64,000 nucleotides of DNA from Alphaproteobacteria bacterium (GTDB taxonomy: Bacteria; Pseudomonadota; Alphaproteobacteria; GCA-2731375), in the NCBI GenBank assembly GCA_965225945.1, contig CBDDBZ010000018.1:23207-87206 (forward strand), written 5' to 3'. Positions 21,093 to 30,283 of this stretch are shown here, in pieces. The stretch's first letter is position 1; each line of letters begins with the position of its first letter. The notes below the pieces were generated by a model. It had not been told where the DNA came from and searched no databases. It saw nothing but the letters and a program-made list of their open reading frames with translations. The translations under genes and the position numbers were made by a program.

Positions 21093-22211
21093 TCAATCCT
21101 CGTCGAAATCTCGAAACAACGGTCCCGGCACGGCGTCGAGGGCGTGACGGATCACCTTCTTGGAGAGTGTCGGCAGCGCCTGGCCGCCGAGGTCCTCGAT
21201 CCGACACCAGGTGCCCGGCGGGCCCTCCCCCGGGATCGTCGCCGCGACCAGTTCCAGCCGCAGGCGAAAATGGGTGAAGCCGTGCTCGACGGCACCCGGG
21301 AGCCGCCGCCACTCGGCGGTGAAGGGTGCCTCCCGCAACGCCTCCTCCAGTCTCCAGGGCGATTCGCGCCAGGTCGTCGAGGGCAGCTCCATCATGCCGC
21401 CGAGGAGCCCTTTCTCCGGCCGGCGGCGAAGCAGCACCGCGTGGTCGGCGCGGGCCAGCCAGAAGACGACGCCATGGCGCCGGGGCCGCGGCTTTTTCGG
21501 GCGTCGACGCGGCAAGTCCGCCGCGACCCCGAGCGCCCGCGCCCGACACTGCTCGCTGAGCGGACATCGGCCACAAAGCGGCGCGCGCGGCCGGCAGACC
21601 ATGGCCCCCAAGTCCATCATCGCCTGGGCGTGGTCGCCCGGCCGGGCCTTCGGGGTCAATTCCCGTGCCAGCCCCGCGAGCTCCGGTTTCGCGTCGGGGA
21701 GCGGCGTTTCCACCGCGAAGAGGCGGGCGATCACCCGCTCGAAATTGCCGTCGAGCGGTGTCGCCGGGCGATCGAAGGCGATCGCGGCGACCGCCGCCGC
21801 CGTGTAGGGCCCGATCCCGGGAAGCGCCCTGAGGCCGTCTTCGTCGTCCGGAAAACGCCCCCCGTGACGCAGCACCACCGCGCCCGCGCAAGCGTGCAGA
21901 TTTCGCGCCCGCGCGTAGTAGCCGAGCCCCTGCCAGGCATGCAGCACGTCGTCGAGCGGTGCCTCGGCCAATGCCTCCAGCGTCGGCCATCGCGCGAGGA
22001 AGGCACGAAAATAGGGGCCGATGGTCGCCACGGTGGTCTGCTGCAGCATGATCTCGGAAAGCCAGACGTGATAGGGATCCGCCCGCGCGCCGGGGGCGGC
22101 CCGCCACGGCAACTCGCGGCGGTTTCGGTCGTACCAGGCGAGCAGCGCCGCCGCCATCCGCTGCCGCCCCGCCGAAGCAATCGTTCTCGCCGTTGGTTCC
22201 GCCCGCGCCAT
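21093..22211 (-). CDS. mutY: A/G-specific adenine glycosylase
   Basis: WLSEIMLQQT, WQGLGYYARARNL, LPGIGPYTA, DGN, CxxxxxxCxxCxxxxxC cluster, HGFTHF. Confidence 0.95.
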   Translation of the reverse strand: MARAEPTARTIASAGRQRMAAALLAWYDRNRRELPWRAAPGARADPYHVWLSEIMLQQTTVATIGPYFRAFLARWPTLEALAEAPLDDVLHAWQGLGYYARARNLHACAGAVVLRHGGRFPDDEDGLRALPGIGPYTAAAVAAIAFDRPATPLDGNFERVIARLFAVETPLPDAKPELAGLARELTPKARPGDHAQAMMDLGAMVCRPRAPLCGRCPLSEQCRARALGVAADLPRRRPKKPRPRRHGVVFWLARADHAVLLRRRPEKGLLGGMMELPSTTWRESPWRLEEALREAPFTAEWRRLPGAVEHGFTHFRLRLELVAATIPGEGPPGTWCRIEDLGGQALPTLSKKVIRHALDAVPGPLFRDFDED

Positions 22212-22227
22212 GCGTCAGGATGTCGCC

Positions 22228-22716
22228 ATGGCCAAACGCTCGACAAGAGGCCCGCTGCGTCCCGCCGGGCGAATGCTCCGCCGGGTCGCCCAACGGGGCC
22301 TGGCCAAGCGGGGTTTTGGCGAGGTCGACGTGGTACTGCGTTGGCGCGAGATCGTCGGCGAGACTCTGGCCCGCCAGTGCCGGCCGTCGCGAATCGCCTT
22401 CCCCCGGGGCGAGCGCCGCGGCGGCGTGCTGCATCTTCTGGTCGAGCCGGCGGCGGCGCCCGAGGTCCAGCATTTGGCGCCGATCCTGATCGAGCGGATC
22501 AACGCTTTCCACGGCTACCGCGCCGTCGAGCGGGTGAGCCTGCAGCAACGGCCGCTGCCGCCGGCACCCGTTCGCACCTACCGAGCGCCGGTGGGTCCGC
22601 TCGATCCCGAAGGCGAGGCGGCGCTCGACCGGCGGTTGGAGGATATTGCCGATTCGGAGCTCCGCGAGGCGCTTCGCCGGCTCGGCCGCAACGTCATGAA
22701 GCGCCGCGAAACGTGA
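22228..22716 (+). CDS. DUF721/DciA family protein
   Basis: WREIVGE, EVQH...LIERINAFHGYRAV; divergent from mutY as is typical in alphaproteobacteria. Confidence 0.82.
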   Translation: MAKRSTRGPLRPAGRMLRRVAQRGLAKRGFGEVDVVLRWREIVGETLARQCRPSRIAFPRGERRGGVLHLLVEPAAAPEVQHLAPILIERINAFHGYRAVERVSLQQRPLPPAPVRTYRAPVGPLDPEGEAALDRRLEDIADSELREALRRLGRNVMKRRET

Positions 22717-22889
22717 ACCATCGAAGCTGGCGAGCCGCGCCCCATCGGTCCATATTCCCGCAATAGCCCGCTCCCGCCGCGACGACCGGCGCGGGTGGAC
22801 ACGGTTCAGGGCGCACGACGCACGCGGGCGCTTGTGACGCCCCGATCACGGATCTATAGTTTTCCCACATCTAGTGGGTTGGAGGAGCA

Positions 22890-23510
22890 ATGACCCAACT
22901 CTGTGTGATTTCACGGCGCCTGGTGCCGGTCCGACTGTTGGCCCTGGCGTTCTGCCTGGCGGCCGTGCCGGCGCTCGCGGGCGCCAACCGGGCCGGCCTC
23001 GGCGAGATGTCGATCGGCGCCGAGGACGCGCCGATCACGATGATCGAATACGCCTCGATGACCTGCCCGCATTGCGCCGTCTTTCACGCCGATACCTTCG
23101 AGGCGCTGAAGACCAAATACATCGACACCGGCAAGGTGCGCCTGGTCTTCCGCGAGTACCCGCTCGACCGCCTGGCCTTCTTCGCCTCGAAGCTGGCGCG
23201 CTGCGCCGGCGCGGACGGCTTCTTCCCGATGTTGGAGGTGCTGTTCAAGCAGCAACAGAACTGGGCGCGGTCCAAGGATCCGGAGGGAGCGCTGGCCCGC
23301 ATCGGCCGGCTGGCCGGCATCGACCAGGAAAGCTTCGATGCCTGCATGAACGACGAAGCGATCACCAAGGTGGTGCTGGAGAACCGAATGACCGGCGAGA
23401 CCAAGCACAAGATCTCCTCGACCCCGAGTTTCGTCGTCAACGGCCAGATCATCGCCGGCGGTCGCACGATCGAGAATTTCGACATAATTTTCGCGCCTTA
23501 CTTGAAATAG
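22890..23510 (+). CDS. DsbA-family thioredoxin-fold protein
   Basis: Signal peptide, EYASMTCPHCA, STPSFVVNG. Confidence 0.9.
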   Translation: MTQLCVISRRLVPVRLLALAFCLAAVPALAGANRAGLGEMSIGAEDAPITMIEYASMTCPHCAVFHADTFEALKTKYIDTGKVRLVFREYPLDRLAFFASKLARCAGADGFFPMLEVLFKQQQNWARSKDPEGALARIGRLAGIDQESFDACMNDEAITKVVLENRMTGETKHKISSTPSFVVNGQIIAGGRTIENFDIIFAPYLK

Positions 23511-23541
23511 GGCGCGAAACCGCTAAGGGGACGTTTGGTCG

Positions 23542-26500
23542 GTGCAGTTCACCAGGTTGCGGCTCGTAGGTTTCAAGTCCTTCGTCGACGGCACCGAGGT
23601 CGTCATCGAGCCGGGTCTGACCGGCGTCGTCGGTCCCAACGGCTGCGGCAAATCGAACCTGATGGAGGCGTTGCGCTGGGTGATGGGCGAGACCTCGGCC
23701 AAGCAGGTCCGGGGCGGGGCCATGGACGACGTCATCTTCAGCGGCACCCAGGCCCGTCCGTCACGCAACGTGGCGGAAGTGCTGCTGACGATCGACAACG
23801 CCGAACGCACGGCGCCTGCTCCCTTCAACGATTCCGACGAGCTGCAGATAAGTCGCCGGATCGAACGCGAGAGCGGCTCCACCTACCGGGTCAACGGCCA
23901 GGAAGTCAGGGCCCGCGACGTGCAACTCCTGTTCGCCGATCTGGCGACCGGCGCGCACTCGCCGGCCTTGGTGAGCCAAGGCCGCGTCGGCGCGTTGATC
24001 GAAGCCCGACCGACCGATCGCCGCGCGCTCCTGGAAGAGGCGGCGGGCATCACCGGCTTGCACTCGCGCCGCCACGAGGCGGAACTCCGGCTGCGCGGCG
24101 CCGCCAACAACCTGGAGCGGCTGGAAGACATCATGCAGGCGCTGGAAGGCCAGTTGCAGGCGATCAAGCGTCAGGCGCGGCAGGCCAATCGCTATCGCAA
24201 GCTGGGCGGACTGATCCGCCGGCTCGAGGCGATCCAGCTCCATCTCCGCCACCGGGACAGCTCCGCCGAGGAGGCCCGACTCGCCGAGGAGTCGAGGGCG
24301 GTCACCGCGCTCGTCGGCCGGCTCGAAGGCCAGGTCGCGGCGGCGGCGACGAGCCGGGAAGCGGTCGCCGCCAGCCTGCCCGAGCTTCGCCGCGAGGAAG
24401 CGGCGGCGGGCGCCGGGTTGCATCGCCTCGGCGCTGCCAGGGACGGGCTCGACGGCGAGGACGAGCGGGTCCGCGAGGAGGCCCGTCAACTCGACGCGCG
24501 GCTCGCCCAGATCGCCACCGACCTCGAGCGCGAAGGCACGATCCGCGAGCAGGCCGAGGCCGCGATCCTGCGTCTCGAAAGCGAGACCGCGAATATCCAG
24601 GTCGCCCGCGAGGGCGAGGCCGTCGCGCTCTCCCGGGCGGAGGGCCGAATCGCCGAGCGCGCGCGATCGGTGGCCAACGAGGAGAACGAGCTCGATCGCC
24701 TGACCGAAGAGGTCGCCCGCGAGGCCGCGCGGCGCGACGCCTCGGCGGCCCGCGGCCAGGACGCGGAACGACGACTCGAACGCCTGATCCAGCGCCACCG
24801 CGAGGCCGCGGCGGAGGTGGCGACGCTCGACGCCGGCCTCGCCGAGGACGATGCGGTGCGCGAGGCCTCGGAGCTATTCCAGGCCGAAGACGCGCGATGC
24901 GGGGAGTCGAGCACGGCGCTGGAGGCAGCGGATCGGGCCCGTGACGTCGCCGACGCCTGTCTCGGCGAGGTGCGCGATCGGCTGCGGGTCGCGGAAAGCC
25001 GAGTGGCCCAACTCTCCGGCGAGGAGACGGCCTTGGCCCGCCTGTTGGAAGGCAAGGACACGGATCTCTGGGCGCCGCTGGTCGATGCCGTCGAGGTCAA
25101 GCCCGGCTATGAAACCGCGCTCGGCGCGGCGCTCGGCGACGATCTCGACGCGCCGGCCGACGTTGGCGCGCCGGTCCACTGGCGGGTCTTGGAGGACCGC
25201 GACGCCCCGCCGGCGTTGCCGGCGGGCGCAGCACCACTCGCCCGCTTCGTCGGCGCACCTGCCGCGCTCGCCCGGCGCCTGGCGCAAGTGGGCTTGGTCG
25301 ATGCCGGCAAGGGCGACGCCTTGAGCGGTCTCTTGGCGCAAGGTCAGCGTCTGGTCAGCCGGGACGGCAAACTCTGGCGATGGGACGGCTTCACCATCAC
25401 CGACGGCGCGGAAACGGCCGCGGCCCAACGGCTCGCCCAACGCAATCGCCTGGCGGAGCTTCGCGAGCAGCGTGGCCTGGCGGAGCGTGCGATGAGCGCC
25501 GCCGGTGAGGAACACGAGGCGGCGCGAGGGACAGCGACGGCCGCGCGAGAGGGCTTCGAGGCCGCGCGAGCCGGCGATCGGGCCCAGGGCCAGGCACGTG
25601 ATCGCGCCCGCGAGGCGTGGGAGGCGGCCGAGCGTCGGATCGCCGCCACCCGGTCGCGCCGCCTCGCCCTCGACGAAACGCTGGCCGCGCTCCGCCTCGA
25701 CATCGACGAATGCGAGACGGCGCGGGACGAGGCACACGACAGCTTGGCCGCGCTGGCGCCACTCGACGAGGCGCGCGAGTGCTTGACCGAGTTGCGCGCC
25801 ACCGTCTCCGGCCTTCGCGCCGCTCTCGCCGAGGCACGCAACGGCGAGGCCGTGCTGCGCCGCGAGATCCAGGTCCGCGCCGATCGTGGGGTGGCGATCG
25901 AGGCGGAGCGCGCTGGATGGCGCCACCGGGTGGACGACGCGCGCCGCCAGAGCGAGATCCTGTGCCGACGCCGCGAAGAAGCGGCGAACGCGCTCGAGAC
26001 CGCCAGACGGCGGCCAGAGGAGATCAACGCGCGTCGGGCTGACTTGCTGGAAGAAATCGCCAAGGCCGAGACGGCGCGCGGCCACGCGGCCGATGCCGTC
26101 GCCCGGCGCGAGAGCGAGCTCGCCGAGGCCGACGCGACGCTCCGCGCGGCGGAAGTGGCCGCGTCCGAGGCACGCGAGACCCGGGCGCGGCTGGAAGCCA
26201 ATCTCGAAGCCGCGGCCGAGCGCCGCGAGGAGGTTGGCCGCCGTATCCGCGAGGTCCTGGACTGCGAGCCCGAGGACGCGCTCGGCGCGGGCGAGGTGGG
26301 AAGGGGCGAGGAATTACCGCCGCTCGAGGAGGCGGCGAGGCGCCTCGAGCGGTTGCTCCGCGAGCGGGAAGGGATGGGTCCCGTCAACCTCCGCGCCGAA
26401 CAGGAGGCCCACGAGCTCGGCGAACAGCTCGACACCATGACCAGGGAACGGGCCGATCTGGAGGCCGCGATCCAGCGGCTCAGGCAAGGGATCTCCAGCC

Positions 26501-27000
26501 TCAACCGCGAGGGCCGGGACCGGCTGTTGGCGGCCTTTCATCAGGTCGACAAGCATTTTCAGGATCTCTTCGTCCGCCTCTTCGGCGGCGGCAAGGCGCA
26601 TCTGGCGCTGACCGAATCGGAGGATCCGCTGGAAGCCGGTCTGGAGATCATGGCGCGCCCGCCCGGCAAGCGCCTGCAGCGGCTCTCGCTGCTGTCGGGC
26701 GGCGAGCAGGCGTTGACCGCGACGGCCCTCCTGTTCGCAGTGTTCCTGACCAATCCGGCGCCGATCTGCGTCCTGGACGAGGTCGACGCGCCGCTCGACG
26801 AGGCCAACGTCGATCGATTCTGCACCCTGGTGGAGGAGATCGCCCGCGTCACCGGCACCCGCTTCCTCATCATCACCCATCACATATTGACCATGGCGCG
26901 GGTCGACCGGCTCTATGGAGTGACCATGGCGGAGCGCGGCGTCTCGCAATTGGTCTCCGTCGACCTGGTCCGCGCGGAGCGTCTCAGGGCCACCGGATAA
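23542..27000 (+). CDS. smc: Chromosome segregation protein SMC
   Basis: GPNGCGKSN Walker A, long coiled coils, hinge, LSGGEQ, LDEVDAPLD. Confidence 0.96.
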   Translation: MQFTRLRLVGFKSFVDGTEVVIEPGLTGVVGPNGCGKSNLMEALRWVMGETSAKQVRGGAMDDVIFSGTQARPSRNVAEVLLTIDNAERTAPAPFNDSDELQISRRIERESGSTYRVNGQEVRARDVQLLFADLATGAHSPALVSQGRVGALIEARPTDRRALLEEAAGITGLHSRRHEAELRLRGAANNLERLEDIMQALEGQLQAIKRQARQANRYRKLGGLIRRLEAIQLHLRHRDSSAEEARLAEESRAVTALVGRLEGQVAAAATSREAVAASLPELRREEAAAGAGLHRLGAARDGLDGEDERVREEARQLDARLAQIATDLEREGTIREQAEAAILRLESETANIQVAREGEAVALSRAEGRIAERARSVANEENELDRLTEEVAREAARRDASAARGQDAERRLERLIQRHREAAAEVATLDAGLAEDDAVREASELFQAEDARCGESSTALEAADRARDVADACLGEVRDRLRVAESRVAQLSGEETALARLLEGKDTDLWAPLVDAVEVKPGYETALGAALGDDLDAPADVGAPVHWRVLEDRDAPPALPAGAAPLARFVGAPAALARRLAQVGLVDAGKGDALSGLLAQGQRLVSRDGKLWRWDGFTITDGAETAAAQRLAQRNRLAELREQRGLAERAMSAAGEEHEAARGTATAAREGFEAARAGDRAQGQARDRAREAWEAAERRIAATRSRRLALDETLAALRLDIDECETARDEAHDSLAALAPLDEARECLTELRATVSGLRAALAEARNGEAVLRREIQVRADRGVAIEAERAGWRHRVDDARRQSEILCRRREEAANALETARRRPEEINARRADLLEEIAKAETARGHAADAVARRESELAEADATLRAAEVAASEARETRARLEANLEAAAERREEVGRRIREVLDCEPEDALGAGEVGRGEELPPLEEAARRLERLLREREGMGPVNLRAEQEAHELGEQLDTMTRERADLEAAIQRLRQGISSLNREGRDRLLAAFHQVDKHFQDLFVRLFGGGKAHLALTESEDPLEAGLEIMARPPGKRLQRLSLLSGGEQALTATALLFAVFLTNPAPICVLDEVDAPLDEANVDRFCTLVEEIARVTGTRFLIITHHILTMARVDRLYGVTMAERGVSQLVSVDLVRAERLRATG

Positions 27001-27072
27001 GGCCTCGCCGAAATGCGGAAATCCTCTTTCGATCAATGACTTGCCGTGTGCCGAGGGGTCTCGGATCGAGGC

Positions 27073-27101
27073 TTGACAGTGCGGGGGCCTTTTCCTATCT
27101 T
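27073..27101 (+). promoter_or_regulatory. Sigma-70 promoter of the F0 operon
   Basis: TTGACA-N17-TATCTT. Confidence 0.65.
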
Positions 27102-27210
27102 GCGCGCGCCTTCGGCGTCGGTCGGATTGTTCTCCGGCCGCTTGCGCGTCGTGGGGTGGCGTCGCTCATAACGTCGGTATTCCCATCGATAGCTGGCCTC
27201 GGGGCCGCGA

Positions 27211-27618
27211 ATGACGGATCCAGGCGACAACCGCTCGCTCGATGCGCTGGGTGCCCGGATAAATCAGGCGCGCCGCGACGCGGGTCTGGAGACGGAAGAT
27301 CGCAAGGACGAGGCGCCACCGCCGAGCGAGGTGAGAATGGCGTGGCGGATCTCGATCGAGATCGTGGTCGCGCTCTTTCTCTCGACCTTTCTGGGGTGGG
27401 TGTTCGACCAGTGGTTCGGGACCACGCCTTGGTTGATGTTGGTGTTCCTCTTCCTGGGGGCGGGCGCCGGCATTGCAAAGGCGGTCAAGACGATGAACCG
27501 CATGGACGCCTTGGCGGCGGAGCGGGCCTTGGGCGAGACCACGCGATCGGGCGATGCCGAGGGGAGCAGCGCCGGCGGGAGCGACGAGACCAAGGCGGGG
27601 GGCCAAGGTGGCGGTTGA
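27211..27618 (+). CDS. atpI: AtpZ/AtpI family (ATPase gene 1) protein
   Basis: Two TM helices, GWVFDQWFGTTPWL; first gene of the F0 cluster. Confidence 0.85.
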   Translation: MTDPGDNRSLDALGARINQARRDAGLETEDRKDEAPPPSEVRMAWRISIEIVVALFLSTFLGWVFDQWFGTTPWLMLVFLFLGAGAGIAKAVKTMNRMDALAAERALGETTRSGDAEGSSAGGSDETKAGGQGGG

Positions 27619-28357
27619 GCGGCAAATCAACCACGATAGTCCGATGCATCAGTTCGTCATCGGCAAGTTCGGCGAGTGGCAAATCGCCGGGCTGGATTTC
27701 GCCTTTTCCAAGGCCGCCGTCTTCATGTTGGTGTCGGTCGTCTTCATCGCCGTCTTCTTGATGCTGACGACCAGCCGGCGGGCCCTGGTACCGGGGCGCT
27801 GGCAGTGCCTGAGCGAGATCTGGTACGAGTTCATCGCCGACATGGTGAAGGAGATCGTGGGCTCCGAGGGGCGGCGCTATTTCCCCTTCGTCTTCTCGGT
27901 CTTCAGTTTCATCGTCGTGCTGAACCTCCTGGGCATGCTGCCTTATTCCTACACGGTGACGAGCCACATCGCGGTCACCGGGGCGCTCGCCATCATGGTC
28001 TTCGTGCTGGTCTCGGCGATCGCGTTATCACGCCACGGGCTGCACTTCTTCACCTTCTTCGTGCCCAAGGGGGTGCCGGTGGCGATGCTGGTGCTGGTGG
28101 TGCCGATCGAGGTGCTGTCCTACTTCATGCGCCCGGTGAGCCATTCGGTACGCCTCTTCGCCAACATGACCGCCGGCCATACCATGTTGAAGGTGTTCGG
28201 CGGCTTCGTCGTCAAGATGGGCATCTTCGGCGTGCTGCCGCTGGCGCTGATAACCGCGCTGATCGGCCTCGAGTTCGCGATCGCCTTCCTGCAGGCTTAC
28301 GTCTTCACCATCCTGACCTGCCTGTACCTGAACGACGCCATTCACCTGGAGCACTGA
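27608..28357 (+). CDS. atpB: ATP synthase F0 subunit a
   Basis: [34 protein letters not shown]. Start (GTG 27608) approximate. Confidence 0.95.
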   Translation: MAVERQINHDSPMHQFVIGKFGEWQIAGLDFAFSKAAVFMLVSVVFIAVFLMLTTSRRALVPGRWQCLSEIWYEFIADMVKEIVGSEGRRYFPFVFSVFSFIVVLNLLGMLPYSYTVTSHIAVTGALAIMVFVLVSAIALSRHGLHFFTFFVPKGVPVAMLVLVVPIEVLSYFMRPVSHSVRLFANMTAGHTMLKVFGGFVVKMGIFGVLPLALITALIGLEFAIAFLQAYVFTILTCLYLNDAIHLEH

Positions 28358-28424
28358 GCCCGGCGGATCGCAACCACGAGGGCGCGCGCCGAACCGTCAA
28401 TCGAGGGAACAAAGGAACGAAACC

Positions 28425-28664
28425 ATGGATGTTGAAGCCGCCACGATCTTGGGCAAGCTTATCGGAGCCGGCCTCGCCGCCATCGCCATGGGCGGCGCCG
28501 GTATCGGCATCGGCCTGATTTTCGGCAACTACGTCGCCGGCGCCATGCGCAACCCCGGCGCCGCCCAGCAGGTCTTCGGCCGGGTGATCCTGGGCTTCGC
28601 CTTGACCGAGGCGATCGCGCTGTTCGCCCTGGTCGTCGCGCTCATCATCTTGTTCGTGTTCTAG
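28425..28664 (+). CDS. atpE: ATP synthase F0 subunit c
   Basis: [21 protein letters not shown]. Confidence 0.96.
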   Translation: MDVEAATILGKLIGAGLAAIAMGGAGIGIGLIFGNYVAGAMRNPGAAQQVFGRVILGFALTEAIALFALVVALIILFVF

Positions 28665-28713
28665 GTCTGGCACCGGGTGAAGCGGGCCACGTCGGGACCC
28701 GAGGGATAGCGCC

Positions 28714-29205
28714 ATGCCACAGTTCTGGATCGAGAACTTCTTGCCACAGATCTTCTGGTTGGCGGTCGCCTTTGCGGTGCTCTATTTCCTGATGGCGAGA
28801 CTGGCTCTGCCGCGCGTCGCCGACATCCTCGAGCAGCGGCAGAGCCGCGTCGAGGGCGACCTCGACAAGGCGGGCGAGCACAAACGCCGCGCCGAACAGG
28901 TGATGGCCGAGTACGAGGCGGCGCTGGCCGAGACCAGGGCGAGAGCCCAGGCGGTCATCGCCGAGGCCCAGGCGGCGAGCGCGGCCGAGGCCGAGCGGCG
29001 CGGCGAAGAGCTGGGCGAACGGCTGCGCCGCCAGGGCAACGAAGCCCAGGCGCGGATCGAGGCGGCGAAGACTCAGGCTCTCGACGAGATCCGCGTCGCC
29101 GCCAGCGATCTCGCCCGAGGTGCGGTCGAACGGCTGATCGGCGTCCAGGTCGCGGAGGAGACCGCACGCGCCGCGGTCGACCAGGCGATGGGGGAGGGGC
29201 GCTGA
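28714..29205 (+). CDS. atpF2: ATP synthase F0 subunit b'
   Basis: MPQF...QIFWL TM segment followed by coiled coil. Confidence 0.9.
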   Translation: MPQFWIENFLPQIFWLAVAFAVLYFLMARLALPRVADILEQRQSRVEGDLDKAGEHKRRAEQVMAEYEAALAETRARAQAVIAEAQAASAAEAERRGEELGERLRRQGNEAQARIEAAKTQALDEIRVAASDLARGAVERLIGVQVAEETARAAVDQAMGEGR

Positions 29206-29690
29206 TGGAATTCGATGCCACCTTCTGGGTCGGCTTCTGCTTCGTCGTGTTCGTCGGCCTGATGATCTACCTCAAGGTTCACAAGATGCTGATCGCCGGC
29301 CTCGACCAGCGCAGCGAGCAGATCCGCGAGCGGTTGGACGAGGCCCAGCGGCTTCGCGAAGAGGCCCAGGCGCTGCTCGCGAGCTACGAGCGCAAGCAGC
29401 GCGACGCGGTCAAGGAGGCCGAGGCGATGGTCGAACACGCCCGCGTCGAGGCCCAGCGCGAGCGTGAGCAGGCCGAGGCACGGCTGGAGGAGATGCTGAC
29501 CCGCCGCGAGGCCCTCGCGGTGGAGAAAATTGCCCTCGCCGAGGTCCAGGCCAGGCAGGAGATCCGCGACGTCGCCATCGAGGCGGCGATCGCCGCCGCC
29601 CGCCGGGTGATCGTCGAGGAATTGAACGAGGAGCGCGCCGGCGCCCTCGTCGACGGCGCCATCGGCGACCTCCGCCGCAATCTGAACTGA
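29205..29690 (+). CDS. atpF: ATP synthase F0 subunit b
   Basis: ATFWV TM segment, LDQRSEQI..LDEAQRLREEA coiled coil. Confidence 0.92.
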   Translation: MEFDATFWVGFCFVVFVGLMIYLKVHKMLIAGLDQRSEQIRERLDEAQRLREEAQALLASYERKQRDAVKEAEAMVEHARVEAQREREQAEARLEEMLTRREALAVEKIALAEVQARQEIRDVAIEAAIAAARRVIVEELNEERAGALVDGAIGDLRRNLN

Positions 29691-29874
29691 TTCTATCCAC
29701 TAGCTTAGGGCGCTTCGTGTTCGAAGCGAATCGCCGGGCCGCGGGAGCGGGCGGCCTCGACCAATCTTGAAACGCTCTGTCCGGTGTGACGAGGCTCACA
29801 CGAGTCGGCGCAAATCGCGCCCACATGAGGGGAACTGGAAGACCCTTCGAATCGACGATACGGGGAGCAACGGC

Positions 29875-30279
29875 ATGTCCCATGCCCTAATTGAAGCGGT
29901 GGCGTCGCGTGCCCAACCGCGCGAGGCGGAGAGCGACATCGACACTTTGACGCAACGCGCCGAAGCGGGTGACGCGCAAGCGCAATTCCGCCTCGCGGGG
30001 CACTACGAGGACGCCGTCGACGTCTCCCACTCGCCGCAACGCGCGCTGCGCTGGTACCGCGCGGCCGCCCGCGCCGACCTGTGCGAGGCGCAGGTAGCCC
30101 TCGGCACCATGCTCGCCCTCGGCGAGGGCATCGAGCCGGACTACGCCGAGGCCTGGGTCTGGTTCACCCGCGCCGCCGACCTGGGCGACGTGGACGCGGG
30201 CGAACTCGCTGGCCTCGTCGGCCGCAAGCTCGACGAAGACGCCCGCCTCTCGGCCCAACGACGCGTCCTCGCCGCGTAG
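29875..30279 (+). CDS. Sel1-repeat protein
   Basis: AEAGDAQAQFRLA, ALRWYRAAA, AQVALG, DYAEAWVWFTRAA. Confidence 0.8.
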   Translation: MSHALIEAVASRAQPREAESDIDTLTQRAEAGDAQAQFRLAGHYEDAVDVSHSPQRALRWYRAAARADLCEAQVALGTMLALGEGIEPDYAEAWVWFTRAADLGDVDAGELAGLVGRKLDEDARLSAQRRVLAA

Positions 30280-30283
30280 GGAA

